Shown: positions 16,421-26,979, numbered from the stretch's first letter. The stretch: 64,000 nucleotides of DNA from Candidatus Woesebacteria bacterium GW2011_GWC1_42_9 (GCA_000995185.1 LCET01000003.1:6989-70988), one strand, 5' to 3'. Translations and numbers: made by a program. Notes: generated from the sequence alone by a model not told the origin.

Positions 16421-18115
16421 ATGTTTAAGAACCTGATAACAAAAAGTAAATCACTCGCCGGTCCGCAATCAACGATCCTTTCTGCGGCGACTTTGATCAT
16501 GCTAATGATAATTGTCTCCAGGATCTTTGGATTTCTTAGGCTCCGCGTACTTGCTTATTATTTTGTAGATGAAAAGCTCTCGCTATTCTTTGCGAGCTTT
16601 AGGCTTCCTGATTTAATTTTTGAGGTACTTACTTTGGGAGTGCTCTCTTCGGCTTTTATTCCGGTCTTTACCAAAGCTCTCAAAAAAGACGAAAAGAGTG
16701 CATGGGATATCGCCGGGAGGGCAGTAAATATCGGGCTTTTGATTTTTGCTGTGATGTCGCTTGTTTTTGGGCTCTTAGCTGGAAGGATTTATAAGTTAAT
16801 TGCCCCGGGGTATAGCCCTGAGCAAGTGGGTGAAGTAGCCGATCTGGCAAAGATACTTTTCGCGGCGCAGGGGTTTTTTGTCGTGAGCTATATCATGACT
16901 GGAGTACTTGAGTCCCAAAGAAGGTTTTTAATTCCTGCTCTTGCTCCGATTTTTTATAATCTTGGGATAATTGTTGGGACAATTCTTTTTGCTGAAAAGC
17001 TTGATTTATTGGCCCCAGTAATTGGGGTGATCATCGGGGCGTCGGCTCATTTCATCGTGCAATTACCATTGGCTTATCGATTAGGCTTTAGGTTTGTACC
17101 TTCGCTTGTCCCCGATGAGGGCTTGAAAAAAATAGGAAGGCTTGCCGCGCCTCGAATAATTGAGCTCTCTTTCCTGCAGGGTTCAAGGATGGTGGAACTA
17201 TTCCTCGCATCGATGATTTCTTTGGGAGCATATGCCCACTACAACTTTGCCCTAAGCCTCCAAGCTTTGCCCGTAGGGCTTTTTGGGACATCAATGGCCA
17301 AAGCCGCTCTGCCTACTTTGACCAGTCAGAGTGATGACCTTGCGGTTTTTAGAAAGACTCTCCTAAAGACGCTCTATCAGCTAATATTTCTTATTTCTCC
17401 GATGACAATGATGCTTATCGTTTTAAGAGTCCCTGTGGTTAGGCTTGTTTTTGGAACAAACATTTTTGATTGGGAGGCGACTTTGGAAACAGGGTTTGTC
17501 CTTTCTGCCTTTGCCCTTGGTGTGCCCTTCCAGGCCGCGGTTGCGCTTTTAAATCGTGCGTTTTACGCCCTTCATAATACAAAAACCCCGGTTTTAATTT
17601 CGTTGTTTAGTGCCGGGATAACCGCATTTTTGGGGTATGTGCTGGTCATCGAATTTGAAATGTCCACCTGGGCGATCGCGGCGGCATTTAGTGTTGGGGT
17701 TGGGGTCCAAGCAGTGATATTATTTGCCCTCCTAAGTAAAAAACTTAACGGGGGGACATTTTTTGCTCTCCTCCCTATTGTAAAAAGTATCTTGTCCTCA
17801 CTAATTTCTGGGAGTGTGATGTTTTTTATTTTAAAGTTCTTCGATCGCTCCGTGTGGATAAAGAAGCTCTCGTTTTTGGGTGGGGTTGAAACGCAAAATA
17901 TTAATTTTGAGATATTTGTGATCGATACCCGGTATACATTTAACTTGTTAGTCCTGACCTTTGTCACTGCCTTGATTGGCGGAATTACATACTTGCTCTG
18001 CGCTTGGATGCTAAGAAGTGAAGAATTGTATGTTTTAGTTAATATTTTTCGAAAAAGAAGATTTACTCCCCCTCCAGCTAAAGAGTCTGAATTAATCACT
18101 GTTGACAGGGATTAG
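16421..18115 (+). CDS. murJ: Lipid II flippase MurJ (MviN)
   Basis: 564 aa, about 14 TM, 'SRIFGFLRLRVLAYYF...FFASFRLPDL...', the MurJ/MOP superfamily pattern. Confidence 0.85.
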   Translation: MFKNLITKSKSLAGPQSTILSAATLIMLMIIVSRIFGFLRLRVLAYYFVDEKLSLFFASFRLPDLIFEVLTLGVLSSAFIPVFTKALKKDEKSAWDIAGRAVNIGLLIFAVMSLVFGLLAGRIYKLIAPGYSPEQVGEVADLAKILFAAQGFFVVSYIMTGVLESQRRFLIPALAPIFYNLGIIVGTILFAEKLDLLAPVIGVIIGASAHFIVQLPLAYRLGFRFVPSLVPDEGLKKIGRLAAPRIIELSFLQGSRMVELFLASMISLGAYAHYNFALSLQALPVGLFGTSMAKAALPTLTSQSDDLAVFRKTLLKTLYQLIFLISPMTMMLIVLRVPVVRLVFGTNIFDWEATLETGFVLSAFALGVPFQAAVALLNRAFYALHNTKTPVLISLFSAGITAFLGYVLVIEFEMSTWAIAAAFSVGVGVQAVILFALLSKKLNGGTFFALLPIVKSILSSLISGSVMFFILKFFDRSVWIKKLSFLGGVETQNINFEIFVIDTRYTFNLLVLTFVTALIGGITYLLCAWMLRSEELYVLVNIFRKRRFTPPPAKESELITVDRD

Positions 18116-18130
18116 CACTCGTGGTATTTT
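18102..18130 (+). promoter_or_regulatory. Sigma-70-type promoter of the hrcA operon (-35 TTGACA, 17-nt spacer, -10 TATTTT), located in the 3' end of murJ
   Basis: TTGACA at 18102-18107 and TATTTT at 18125-18130. The predicted transcription start is only about 2 nt before the hrcA ATG, so the mRNA would be leaderless. Confidence 0.5.
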
Positions 18131-18138
18131 ACTGCTAA
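18112..18138 (+). promoter_or_regulatory. CIRCE operator (HrcA binding site)
   Basis: TTAGCACTC-gtggtattt-TACTGCTAA compared with the consensus TTAGCACTC-N9-GAGTGCTAA. The left half is perfect and the right half matches 7/9. It overlaps the murJ stop codon and ends 1 nt before the hrcA ATG. Confidence 0.8.
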
Positions 18139-18858
18139 ATGAATAAGCCTTTAACTGATAGACAAACACAAATAATTAAGGCGCTTATAGATGAGTATAT
18201 CGAGACCGCGGAGCCGGTTGGCTCTGCTTCCCTCGAGAAAAAATATAATCTTGGGATTAGCCCTGCGACCATTAGAAATGAAATGGTTAATCTAACAAAG
18301 CTAGGGTATCTTCGACAGCCGCACACTTCTGCCGGCCGCACTCCCACCTCCATTGCAATGAAGTTCTATATAAATCAATTAATGGATGAAAAAAAAATGA
18401 GCGTAGTAGATGAGGTGCAAGCCAAAGAAGGCGTTTGGGATGCGCGGGAAAATTTTGATAAATTAATGGACAAGGCAACTTTTGAATTAGCAGATAAGAC
18501 AAAATCGCTGGCGGTGGCCGCCACAGATGATGGGACCACTTGGACTCACGGGCACTCCTTAATTTTTGAATGCCCCTTCACTCTAGATGTCTTTCAGAAT
18601 ATTTTTTCAATCCTTGAAAGTCGCGATATGGTCAAGAAATTATTTTTTGAGCACCTGACCGGCTTGACCCCGATTGAGGTTATTTTCGGTGAAGAATTGG
18701 GCTGGGATTTTTTTGATCCTGTTGGAATTGTCGCCACGAGATTTTCCACTCAGGGGCATGAAGGAGCAATTGGAGTGATCGGGCCAATGAGATTAAATTA
18801 TCAGACAGTTATCCCGGTAGTTAGGTATTTTCGAGATCTGATCCAAGGCTTGGAATAA
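18139..18858 (+). CDS. hrcA: Heat-inducible transcription repressor HrcA
   Basis: 'LTDRQTQIIKALIDEYIETAEPVGSASL' is the HrcA N-terminal winged HTH. CIRCE lies upstream and grpE-dnaK downstream. Confidence 0.85.
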   Translation: MNKPLTDRQTQIIKALIDEYIETAEPVGSASLEKKYNLGISPATIRNEMVNLTKLGYLRQPHTSAGRTPTSIAMKFYINQLMDEKKMSVVDEVQAKEGVWDARENFDKLMDKATFELADKTKSLAVAATDDGTTWTHGHSLIFECPFTLDVFQNIFSILESRDMVKKLFFEHLTGLTPIEVIFGEELGWDFFDPVGIVATRFSTQGHEGAIGVIGPMRLNYQTVIPVVRYFRDLIQGLE

Positions 18859-18859
18859 T

Positions 18860-19303
18860 ATGGCAAAGAAAATAAAAGTAAGTAAAACAGTAAATGGTCA
18901 AGAGCAGGAGTTGCGAGGGCAATTAATGAGAGCCCTGGCAGATTATGATAACCTTAAAAAGCGCGTTGAGAAGGAAAAGAAGGACTGGGAAGAAGAATCT
19001 TTGATCAAATTTGCGGCACAGATTATGCCTATTTTGGATATGCTTGTGAACATAAATGCTCATACAAAAGATTCTGGCTTAGCGATTGCGATCAAAGAAT
19101 TTGAGAAAGCTTTGAATTCTCTGGGGATTGAGAAAATCCCAGCTGATCCTGGTAAAATGTTTGATGCCGCCTTGCACGAGGCGATTGAGGGTGAAGATAC
19201 AGAAAATGGTAAAAAAGGGGAGATATTGGAGGAGCTCCTCACGGGTTGGAAGACAAGCTCTGGTCGAGTAATTCGCCATGCTAGAGTTAAAGTAAGAAAA
19301 TAA
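18860..19303 (+). CDS. grpE: Nucleotide exchange factor GrpE
   Basis: 147 aa: 'LMRALADYDNLKKRVEKEK...FDAALHEAI...' matches the GrpE coiled-coil and beta domain. Confidence 0.85.
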   Translation: MAKKIKVSKTVNGQEQELRGQLMRALADYDNLKKRVEKEKKDWEEESLIKFAAQIMPILDMLVNINAHTKDSGLAIAIKEFEKALNSLGIEKIPADPGKMFDAALHEAIEGEDTENGKKGEILEELLTGWKTSSGRVIRHARVKVRK

Positions 19304-19306
19304 GCT

Positions 19307-21184
19307 ATGAGTAAAATAATTGGTATAGATTTAGGAACTACAAATAGTGTTGTCGCGGTGATGGAGGGTGGACAGCCCAAAGTTATCCCTGCCGCCGATA
19401 CGGGTCGGAATGTGACCCCTTCGGTTGTCGAGCCTGTTAAAAATTTAGTGGGGGATGTCGCCAAGCGCCAAATGGTTCTCAATCCGAAAAATACGGTTTA
19501 TTCTGTGAAGCGCTTAATGGGAAGAAGGATTGATGACCCGGAAACTAAAAAAAGTAAAGAACTATCATCTGTCGAAATAAAGGCAGGGAAAGACAAAGCG
19601 GCTGTGGTAGAAGTGGGCGATAAAACTTACACCCCTCAGGAAATTTCGGCAAGGATTTTGATGAAGCTTAAAAAAGACGCCGAGAGCTATTTGGGTGAAA
19701 AAGTGGAATCAGCAGTTATTACCGTTCCTGCTTATTTTGATGATGCCCAAAGGCAAGCGACCAAGCAGGCGGGGGAAATCGCTGGACTAAAGGTTGAGCG
19801 GATCATCAATGAGCCAACCGCGGCCGCCTTGGCATATGGTATGGACAAGAAAAATTCCCAAAAGATCGCTGTCTATGACCTTGGGGGAGGGACTTTTGAT
19901 ATTTCGATCCTTGAGCTTGGGGATGGAGTCTTTGAAGTAAAGTCTACCAATGGAGACACTTACCTTGGGGGAGATGATTTTGACGAGAGGATAGTCAACT
20001 GGATTACTGAGGAATTTAAGAAAGAGAACACGGTTGATTTAAAGGCTGATAAACAAGCCTTGCAAAGAGTGCGCGACGCCGCCGAAAAAGCAAAAATCGA
20101 GCTCTCGGCAACTAGTGAAGTTGAGATTAATCAGCCCTATATCACCCAGCAAAATGGCCAGCCTTTGCATCTTGCCCTTAAGCTTACGAGAGCAAAATAT
20201 GAGGGCTTAGTTGCGGACCTTATTGAAAATACCATGAAGCCGGTTAAAGATGCTTTGAAAGACGCGGGAGTGGATACGAAGGGAATAGATGAAATAATCA
20301 TGGTTGGGGGAATGACCAGGACCCCTAAAGTTATTGAGACGGTTAAAGAATTTTTTGGGAAAGAGCCTAATAAGGGCGTTAATCCGGATGAAGTTGTTGC
20401 GGTGGGGGCCGCAATCCAAGGGGGAGTACTGGGTGGCGAAGTAAAAGATATTCTCCTTTTGGATGTTACTCCGCTTACCCTATCGATAGAGACTTTGGGG
20501 AGTGTGGCGACGCCGATGATTGAGAGGAATACCACGATCCCTGCTTCAAAATCGCAGATTTTTTCAACTGCGGCTAATAACCAAACCCAGGTTGATATTC
20601 ATATCGCTCAGGGGGAGCGCCCGATGATGGCTGACAATAAAAGTCTGGGAAGGTTTATGTTGGACGGCATTCCGCCGGCGCCGCGAGGCGTTCCCCAAAT
20701 TGAGGTCATTTTTGATATTGATGCGAGTGGGATTTTGAAAGTCACAGCGAAAGACAAGGCTACCAGTAAGAGCCAAGACATTACCATTACCGGAGCGGTG
20801 GGCTTAAGCGATGAAGAAGTGGAGAAAATGAAAAAAGATGCTGAATTCCACAAGGAAGAGGATGAGAAAAAGTCCGCCCAAATTGAGACTAAAAACAAGG
20901 CAGATAGCTTGATTGCTACCACCGAAAAGACGATCAAAGATGCAGGGGAAAAGATTGATGCAAAAGCAAAAGAAAGCTTGGAAGAGAAAGTAAAGGCACT
21001 TAAAGAAGTATTAGAGTCTGCTAGTAAAGAGGAATTGGAGAAGAAAACGAATGAATTGTCTGAGGAGCTTCAAAAGGTCGGCCAGGCGATGTACCAAAAA
21101 ACAGCACCCAAAAAAACTAAAAAGTCTTCAGAAAAGGATAAAGCAGAAGAAGGGGAAGTGGTGGACGAGCAGGGACAAGGGTAG
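19307..21184 (+). CDS. dnaK: Chaperone DnaK (Hsp70)
   Basis: '[15 protein letters not shown]', '[12 protein letters not shown]', '[13 protein letters not shown]' and an EEVD-less acidic C-terminus. Confidence 0.95.
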   Translation: MSKIIGIDLGTTNSVVAVMEGGQPKVIPAADTGRNVTPSVVEPVKNLVGDVAKRQMVLNPKNTVYSVKRLMGRRIDDPETKKSKELSSVEIKAGKDKAAVVEVGDKTYTPQEISARILMKLKKDAESYLGEKVESAVITVPAYFDDAQRQATKQAGEIAGLKVERIINEPTAAALAYGMDKKNSQKIAVYDLGGGTFDISILELGDGVFEVKSTNGDTYLGGDDFDERIVNWITEEFKKENTVDLKADKQALQRVRDAAEKAKIELSATSEVEINQPYITQQNGQPLHLALKLTRAKYEGLVADLIENTMKPVKDALKDAGVDTKGIDEIIMVGGMTRTPKVIETVKEFFGKEPNKGVNPDEVVAVGAAIQGGVLGGEVKDILLLDVTPLTLSIETLGSVATPMIERNTTIPASKSQIFSTAANNQTQVDIHIAQGERPMMADNKSLGRFMLDGIPPAPRGVPQIEVIFDIDASGILKVTAKDKATSKSQDITITGAVGLSDEEVEKMKKDAEFHKEEDEKKSAQIETKNKADSLIATTEKTIKDAGEKIDAKAKESLEEKVKALKEVLESASKEELEKKTNELSEELQKVGQAMYQKTAPKKTKKSSEKDKAEEGEVVDEQGQG

Positions 21185-21189
21185 TCTTC

Positions 21190-22725
21190 GTGGTAGTATT
21201 AGGAGGTTTGTTGAAAACGAAGAGGCCTTATTATCTACTTCTTGTTGTGTTTTTTTTGGCTCTAATTCTGAGATTCGTTTATTTTCCTGAGAATGTGTAC
21301 TTTGCTTCAGACCAGGCAAGAGATGCTTATTTTTCGTATGAGGTAATAAGGGGAGATTTTAGAGTTGTTGGTCCTGGGGCGACATTTGGCAGATATCTTC
21401 ATCATGGTGTTTTGTATTACTACATTATGGGGCCGGTTTATTATTTGTTTCGAGGGAATCCATATGTGCCGGCATTGATAATTAATTTATTGAGTGCGGT
21501 TGGAGTTTTCGTGGTTTTTATGGTGGGTAAAAATATATTTAATACCAAAACAGCTTTAATAGCAGCTTTTCTTTATGCTGTATCTTTTGAGCAATCCCAA
21601 TATGCCTTGTTTTTTAGCCACCCAGGGTTGGCTTTGATTTTTGTTTTGCTTTATTATTTGGGATTAACTGAGTTAATTTTTAAAGGTAATTCAAAAGGCA
21701 TTATCTTGTCGGCCTTTTGTGCGGGGGTAGCGACACAGCTGCATGTCTCTTTGTCGGTTTTGATATTTATGATACCAGTTTTTGTGCTTGTTTTTAGGTC
21801 TAAGATAATTCAATTAAAGAAAAAAGATATTTTTTTAGCTTTGATGGTTTTGATTGTAAGTTTGTCGAGCTTTTTGGTTGCTGAGGTAAAGTTTGGCCAT
21901 TTGAAATCCTTTATCGCAAGTTTGAGTGAACCTGGGAGCTCGTCATTTGGGCTTTTTATTAATAATTTTATGTTTGCAGTAAATAGATATGTTACTGACA
22001 ATTTAATTTCTTTTTCCTCCCGGCCGGCCTTTAATATTCTCTTGGTGATAGCGGTTTATTTGCTTTTAATTAAAAGAGTAAAAGAGAGGACGGTTGGGAT
22101 ATTTCTGTTGATGTGGTTTTTAGTGGCGTGTGTTGCTTACCTCGTGGGCTCTTCAACTACATATTATTATGGGATAGGTGGATCTGTTAGTTTACTTCTT
22201 GCTGTTTCGATGGTAATAAGTTTAATTTGGGAGAAAAAAGTAATAGTAGCACTAATCTTATTGGTAGTCATTATGGGCTCGAATGTGTCCAAAATTATAA
22301 CAATTAATGAGAAAGGTCCAATTGGATCGATTATGGCACCTCCTGGTCTTTTATTGTCGGATGAATTGAGGGCAATTGATTATATTTATACTCAAGCAGG
22401 TGAGGAAGAGTTTTCAATTCATGCGATAACGATTCCTTATAATGTAAAAACGACCTGGGACTATCTTTTTAATTGGTATGGGATGCAAAAATATGGTCTT
22501 GTTCCAGTTTGGGGAGGTGAAGATGCTTTGGGTAGTGAGGGAACGCTTAAAGTTGTGCGGGCTCGGTCAACCTTGCCGGCAAAACAATTTTTGATTATTG
22601 AGCCATTGGCGGGTCTTTCAGATGATGTTGTTGAAAATTTTTTTAGAGAGGAAAGTTATTTTACAAACCTAAAGACAGAGAAAGAATTTGGAGAGATAAC
22701 AGTGCAAATAAGGGAAAAGTATTGA
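21190..22725 (+). CDS. GT-C fold membrane glycosyltransferase (ArnT/PMT-like, GT39/GT83 type) embedded in the heat-shock operon
   Basis: 511 aa with about 12 TM. N-terminal periplasmic loop 'FASDQARDAYFSYEV...' followed by hydrophobic helices. Starts with GTG at 21190 (alternative TTG at 21211 after AGGAGG). Confidence 0.5.
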   Translation: MVVLGGLLKTKRPYYLLLVVFFLALILRFVYFPENVYFASDQARDAYFSYEVIRGDFRVVGPGATFGRYLHHGVLYYYIMGPVYYLFRGNPYVPALIINLLSAVGVFVVFMVGKNIFNTKTALIAAFLYAVSFEQSQYALFFSHPGLALIFVLLYYLGLTELIFKGNSKGIILSAFCAGVATQLHVSLSVLIFMIPVFVLVFRSKIIQLKKKDIFLALMVLIVSLSSFLVAEVKFGHLKSFIASLSEPGSSSFGLFINNFMFAVNRYVTDNLISFSSRPAFNILLVIAVYLLLIKRVKERTVGIFLLMWFLVACVAYLVGSSTTYYYGIGGSVSLLLAVSMVISLIWEKKVIVALILLVVIMGSNVSKIITINEKGPIGSIMAPPGLLLSDELRAIDYIYTQAGEEEFSIHAITIPYNVKTTWDYLFNWYGMQKYGLVPVWGGEDALGSEGTLKVVRARSTLPAKQFLIIEPLAGLSDDVVENFFREESYFTNLKTEKEFGEITVQIREKY

Positions 22726-22746
22726 TTTTCTGTTAGAATAATCTCC

Positions 22747-23637
22747 ATGGCTAATGGCAAAACAGATTACTACGATATTTTAGGAGTAAATAAAAGTGCG
22801 TCGCCGGGCGACGTAAAAAAGGCCTATCGAAAGCAAGCTTTGGAGTGGCATCCGGATAAGCATCGTGAGAACAAAGAGGCGGCAGAGAAGCGCTTCAAGG
22901 AAATTAATGAGGCTTACCAAATATTGTCCGACGCAAATAAACGCCAAGCATATGATACCCATGGTCATGCCGCTTTCTCCCCTGGCGGGGGAGGATTTGG
23001 TGGGGGAGGACCTTTCTCAAGTGGTGGGGGGACAGGTCCGTTTACATGGACATATACATCTGGCGGTGGTCAAAATACGAATTATGATTTTGGCGATCCA
23101 TTTGATATTTTTGAGCAGTTTTTTTCCCGCGAAGCGGGACCGTGGGGCGGAGGATCCCCTTTTCGCCGCGCTCGGCAAATGCCTCGGTATGGGATTTCGA
23201 TAGACTTTAGTGAAGCAATTTCCGGTATTGAGAAAGAGGTCAGTATTGAAGGCAAGAAGCGAAATATTAAGATACCGGCAGGAGTGGACGATGGCTCAAG
23301 GATCCAATTTGATGATTTTGTTTTATCAATTAATGTGCGACCAAGTAAGGATTTTGAACGAGATGGGGCAGATGTCTTTTCCACTATTATTCTCCCCTAT
23401 TCTTTAGCCGCTCTTGGCGGGAATATCGAGGCCAAAACCATTGATGACGAGGTAAAAATAAAAATTAGATCCGGGACACAATCTGGCTCGATGCTCCGGC
23501 TCAAGGGTCGCGGGTTCCCCCGCCTTCATGGCCGCGGCCGAGGTGATCATTATCTTAAGCTTCTAGTGGAGGTACCCCAGCGCCTCTCCCGCTCCCAAAA
23601 AAATCTCGTCAAAGAGCTTCAAGAAGAGGGGTTGTAG
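22747..23637 (+). CDS. dnaJ: DnaJ-class J-domain co-chaperone (type II, no zinc-finger domain)
   Basis: 'DYYDILGV...[14 protein letters not shown]' is a J domain with HPD. A G/F-rich region and C-terminal substrate domains follow. No CxxCxGxG repeats. Confidence 0.85.
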   Translation: MANGKTDYYDILGVNKSASPGDVKKAYRKQALEWHPDKHRENKEAAEKRFKEINEAYQILSDANKRQAYDTHGHAAFSPGGGGFGGGGPFSSGGGTGPFTWTYTSGGGQNTNYDFGDPFDIFEQFFSREAGPWGGGSPFRRARQMPRYGISIDFSEAISGIEKEVSIEGKKRNIKIPAGVDDGSRIQFDDFVLSINVRPSKDFERDGADVFSTIILPYSLAALGGNIEAKTIDDEVKIKIRSGTQSGSMLRLKGRGFPRLHGRGRGDHYLKLLVEVPQRLSRSQKNLVKELQEEGL

Positions 23638-23638
23638 T

Positions 23639-23667
23639 TTGACTTCAGGCTCCCCTCTTTGTAAAAT
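23639..23667 (+). promoter_or_regulatory. Promoter-like element upstream of nusA (-35 TTGACT, 17 nt, -10 TAAAAT)
   Basis: Hexamers at 23639-23644 and 23662-23667, lying just after the dnaJ stop codon. Confidence 0.35.
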
Positions 23668-23690
23668 ACAACTGATAATTGATGATTTGC

Positions 23691-23718
23691 GGTGGGACTG
23701 GTGCCCACCATTTTTTTT
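23691..23718 (+). terminator. Rho-independent terminator/attenuator (stem ggtggg/cccacc plus T8)
   Basis: ggtgggactggtgcccacc followed by tttttttt. It lies between the promoter-like element and nusA. Confidence 0.65.
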
Positions 23719-23769
23719 ACGACGAAGTCGCAATGAGACGAAGTCGATATTTTTAAATAAAAAATAAAC

Positions 23770-24789
23770 ATGGCAGGAAGCGTAAAAAGAACTGAATTTA
23801 GTCAGGCCCTTAAAGCGATTACTCAGGAGAGAGGGCTTGATGCTGACGTGATTTTGGAGACAATTAAGCAGGCTTACATTGCCGCATATAAGCGCGATGC
23901 CAAAGAGCGTGGGGAAGAAGTAGAAGATTTTGAATATGACGTTGAAATGGATTCGGTGAGCGGCGAAGCAAAGATTATCGCTTGGCCAGAGGGCACTCCA
24001 GATAAAAAGCGCGACGTTACTCCTCCTGGATTTGGAAGGATTGCTGCACAAACCGCTAAACAAGTAATTCACCAAAAAATCCGAGAGGCAGAAAAGGGCG
24101 CTATCATGGATGAATTTAATGGGAGGGTGGGGACTCTTGTTTCCGGGATGATTTTAAGATTTGACGGGCCGAATGTGCGGGTTGATATCGGTAGGACCGA
24201 AGCCCTAATGCCGGCCGGCGAGCGGATCCCCAATGAAAGGCTTAACCCAAGCCAGCGTTTGACTTTTCTTTTGAAGTCTATCGAAGATACTCCAAGGGGA
24301 AAACAGATAGTCCTATCCAGATCAGATCCGCAGTTTGTGGAGAAAATATTTGCAAGAGAAGTGCCGGAGATAATGTCCGGGAGTGTTGTTATCAGGGGAA
24401 TTGCCCGTGAGGCTGGTGTTCGAACAAAATTGGCCGTACATTCAGAACAAACTGGTGTTGATCCGGTTGGTTCCTGTGTCGGACAAAAAGGGGTTCGAGT
24501 GCAAGCGGTGACGAATGAGCTTGGCGGAGAGCGCGTGGATATTATTCCCTGGGCAGACGGCGATGAAGAGTTTATTAAAGCCGCTCTTGCCCCAGTTGAG
24601 CTAAGCAGTATCAAGCTTAATAAGAAAAAGAAGACCGCCGTAGTTAGAGCTCCTGAGGATCAGCTCTCTCTGGCAATTGGAAAAGATGGACAAAACGTCC
24701 GCCTTTCTTCGCAGTTGACCGGATGGAAAATTGAAGTGGAAAGCGATGTTAAAGCTAAACCTAAAAAAGAAAAATCAAAAGCCGTTTAG
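23770..24789 (+). CDS. nusA: Transcription termination/antitermination factor NusA (no C-terminal AR repeats)
   Basis: N-terminal domain, S1 domain ('[21 protein letters not shown]') and two KH domains ('[15 protein letters not shown]', '[21 protein letters not shown]'). Confidence 0.9.
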   Translation: MAGSVKRTEFSQALKAITQERGLDADVILETIKQAYIAAYKRDAKERGEEVEDFEYDVEMDSVSGEAKIIAWPEGTPDKKRDVTPPGFGRIAAQTAKQVIHQKIREAEKGAIMDEFNGRVGTLVSGMILRFDGPNVRVDIGRTEALMPAGERIPNERLNPSQRLTFLLKSIEDTPRGKQIVLSRSDPQFVEKIFAREVPEIMSGSVVIRGIAREAGVRTKLAVHSEQTGVDPVGSCVGQKGVRVQAVTNELGGERVDIIPWADGDEEFIKAALAPVELSSIKLNKKKKTAVVRAPEDQLSLAIGKDGQNVRLSSQLTGWKIEVESDVKAKPKKEKSKAV

Positions 24790-26155
24790 TCCAAGACCAC
24801 CTATTGTGACAATTTTAGGCCATGTCGACCATGGCAAGACCACTCTCTTGGATGCGATCAGGCATTCCAATATTGCCGGGCGGGAAGCCGGAGGAATTAC
24901 CCAGAGCATCGGCGCTTCTAAAGTTAAAACCAAGGAAGGAGAAATAACTTTTATCGACACCCCGGGGCACGCGATGTTTTCTAAGATGCGATCTCGAGGA
25001 ACTCAAATGGCAGATATCGTAGTGCTTGTGGTGGCCGCTGATGACGGCGTTAAGCCCCAGACAAAAGAAGCACTTCAATATATTAAAGAAACCCATACTC
25101 CTCTTATTGTTGCCATCACCAAGACAGATCTTCCTTCGGCAAATATTGAATCAGCAATTTCTGAGCTAGAAAAAGAAGGGGTACTTTTTGAAGGGCGCGG
25201 GGGCGATACTCCCTTGGTCACCCTCTCAGTAAAGAAGAACGAGGGTGTGGAAAATTTGATCGAGATGATTCATCTTGTATCCCAGGTAAATGAAATCTCA
25301 AGCGACCCAGATGGAGATTTGGAAGCGGTAGTGATTGAAACAAATACGGACAAAAGAGGTTCAACAGTGTCTTTGGTAGTAAAAGAGGGATCTATTTCGA
25401 CCGGAGATATTATTGACGACATCAAAAAAGATAAAGTGAGGGGAATTTTTGATTATTTGGGGAAACCCATTAAGAAGGCCTTCCCAGGGGATCCGGTGCA
25501 AATTATTGGATTAAATGGTGTTCCTGCGGTTGGCTCCTCTATTACTTCAAAGGGTGTTAATTTATCTATTGATAAAACCAAAATTGGTAAAGTTTCTTCT
25601 GACCAATTAGGAATCGTTTTGAAAGCGCACACGGCTGGATCTTTGGAGGCAATTAGGGACAACATGCCTGATCAAGTGGTTGTCTTAAAGTCGAGTGTGG
25701 GCGATGTAATAAGTGGAGATGTTTTCTTCGCAAAAAGTGCACAGGCCGTAATTGTTGCTTTTGAATCGGGAGTTTCAAGCGATGTGCGTAAGCTCTCAGA
25801 AACTGAAGGAGTAAAAATTTTGTCGTCAAGGATCGTATACGAATTGATCGAAAAATTAGAGGAACTTATTGAAAAAGGAGAGGTACAAATATTGGGGAAA
25901 GCGGAGGTATTGGCAGTTTTTCCTTTTAATAATAGTCGGGTTGCGGGGTGCAAGGTGATCGAAGGGGAAATTAGAAGTAAACATACACTAGTGCTTACGA
26001 GAGGGAAAGGGGAATTGGGGACTGCTAGAATAGTTTCTATGAAGCGCGGGAAGGAAAATATTGAAGTTGCAAAAGTGGGCGAAGAATGTGGATTAATTCT
26101 TAATCCGCAGCTTGATTTTGAGGTTCACGATGTGCTAGTATCCCGCCAATCATGA
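24731..26155 (+). CDS. infB: Translation initiation factor IF-2, compact form (G domain plus domains II, C1 and C2 only)
   Basis: '[21 protein letters not shown]', 'DTPGH', 'NKTD/TKTD' G motifs, and a C-terminal beta-barrel. Start uncertain: ATG at 24731 or 24746 overlaps nusA; an alternative GTG lies at about 24806. Confidence 0.85.
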   Translation: MKWKAMLKLNLKKKNQKPFSPRPPIVTILGHVDHGKTTLLDAIRHSNIAGREAGGITQSIGASKVKTKEGEITFIDTPGHAMFSKMRSRGTQMADIVVLVVAADDGVKPQTKEALQYIKETHTPLIVAITKTDLPSANIESAISELEKEGVLFEGRGGDTPLVTLSVKKNEGVENLIEMIHLVSQVNEISSDPDGDLEAVVIETNTDKRGSTVSLVVKEGSISTGDIIDDIKKDKVRGIFDYLGKPIKKAFPGDPVQIIGLNGVPAVGSSITSKGVNLSIDKTKIGKVSSDQLGIVLKAHTAGSLEAIRDNMPDQVVVLKSSVGDVISGDVFFAKSAQAVIVAFESGVSSDVRKLSETEGVKILSSRIVYELIEKLEELIEKGEVQILGKAEVLAVFPFNNSRVAGCKVIEGEIRSKHTLVLTRGKGELGTARIVSMKRGKENIEVAKVGEECGLILNPQLDFEVHDVLVSRQS

Positions 26156-26979
26156 GCGCGTCGATAAAAACATTGGCTAGCGAAACAAACTCTGTGCTTA
26201 TACTTTTGCCAAAGAGCCCGTATTTTGATCAGGTAGCGGCAGGGTTGTCCCTGGGACTGGTGCTTGAAAAAGAAAAAGAAACTCAAGTTTTTTGTCCTAC
26301 CCCGATGACGGTTGAATTTAATCGGCTTGTGGGAGTGGATAAGGTCGCGGGTGAGCTGGGGAATAAGAATTTAAAAATAAGCTTCACTGATTATGATGCA
26401 AACAACATTGAGAGGGTTTCATATGATGTGGACGGTTCTGAATGCCGCCTGACAGTTATTCCAAAGCCCGATTTTGCTCCTCCTCAAAAAGACCAAGTAT
26501 CTCTTTCATTTTCGGGAGTTTCTTCTGATTTGGTTATTATGATTGGCGGGGCAAATGAGACCCACTTCCCTATTTTGTCATCTCCTGAGTTTTCTAAAGC
26601 AAAGCTTGTGCATATTGGAGTTCATGATTTAGCTCTCGCCTCAAAACAGGAGTTTGTTTCTTTGTCGCGGCCTGGATCATCTATCTCAGAAGTTGTTGGC
26701 AGAATCATCGCAGAAGACTACAAAGATAAATTGGACCGAGATGTCGCTTCCAATCTTTTGACGGGCCTTCATGAAGGGAGTAAAAATTTCTCGAGTCAAT
26801 ATGTTAGCTCTGATACTTTTAAGCTTGCTAGTGAGCTTATGACCGCTGGGGGAAGAAGGAATATAAAAGAGCCTTTGCCTGGACTGACCCCGCCGCATCC
26901 TGCTGAAGCCGAGATTGAAAAAGAACCGACTCCGCCTTGGAGCCGCCTAAAACCCTCAAAAGGCACTTCAATTAGTTGA
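26152..26979 (+). CDS. Hypothetical protein, possibly a degenerate DHH/DHHA1-family (NrnA-like) protein
   Basis: It occupies the position of nrnA, rbfA or truB in the nusA-infB operon. Only weak resemblance to DHH motifs ('...GGRRN' compared with GGGH), and the DHH triad is absent. Confidence 0.3.
   Translation: MSASIKTLASETNSVLILLPKSPYFDQVAAGLSLGLVLEKEKETQVFCPTPMTVEFNRLVGVDKVAGELGNKNLKISFTDYDANNIERVSYDVDGSECRLTVIPKPDFAPPQKDQVSLSFSGVSSDLVIMIGGANETHFPILSSPEFSKAKLVHIGVHDLALASKQEFVSLSRPGSSISEVVGRIIAEDYKDKLDRDVASNLLTGLHEGSKNFSSQYVSSDTFKLASELMTAGGRRNIKEPLPGLTPPHPAEAEIEKEPTPPWSRLKPSKGTSIS

Noticed and set aside
17572-18099. Antisense ORFs inside murJ (175 aa), dnaK, nusA/infB, rpoB/rpoC, tuf and others on the - strand
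   Set aside because: All are embedded antisense in strongly supported genes and have no Shine-Dalgarno or similarity. They are typical shadow ORFs.
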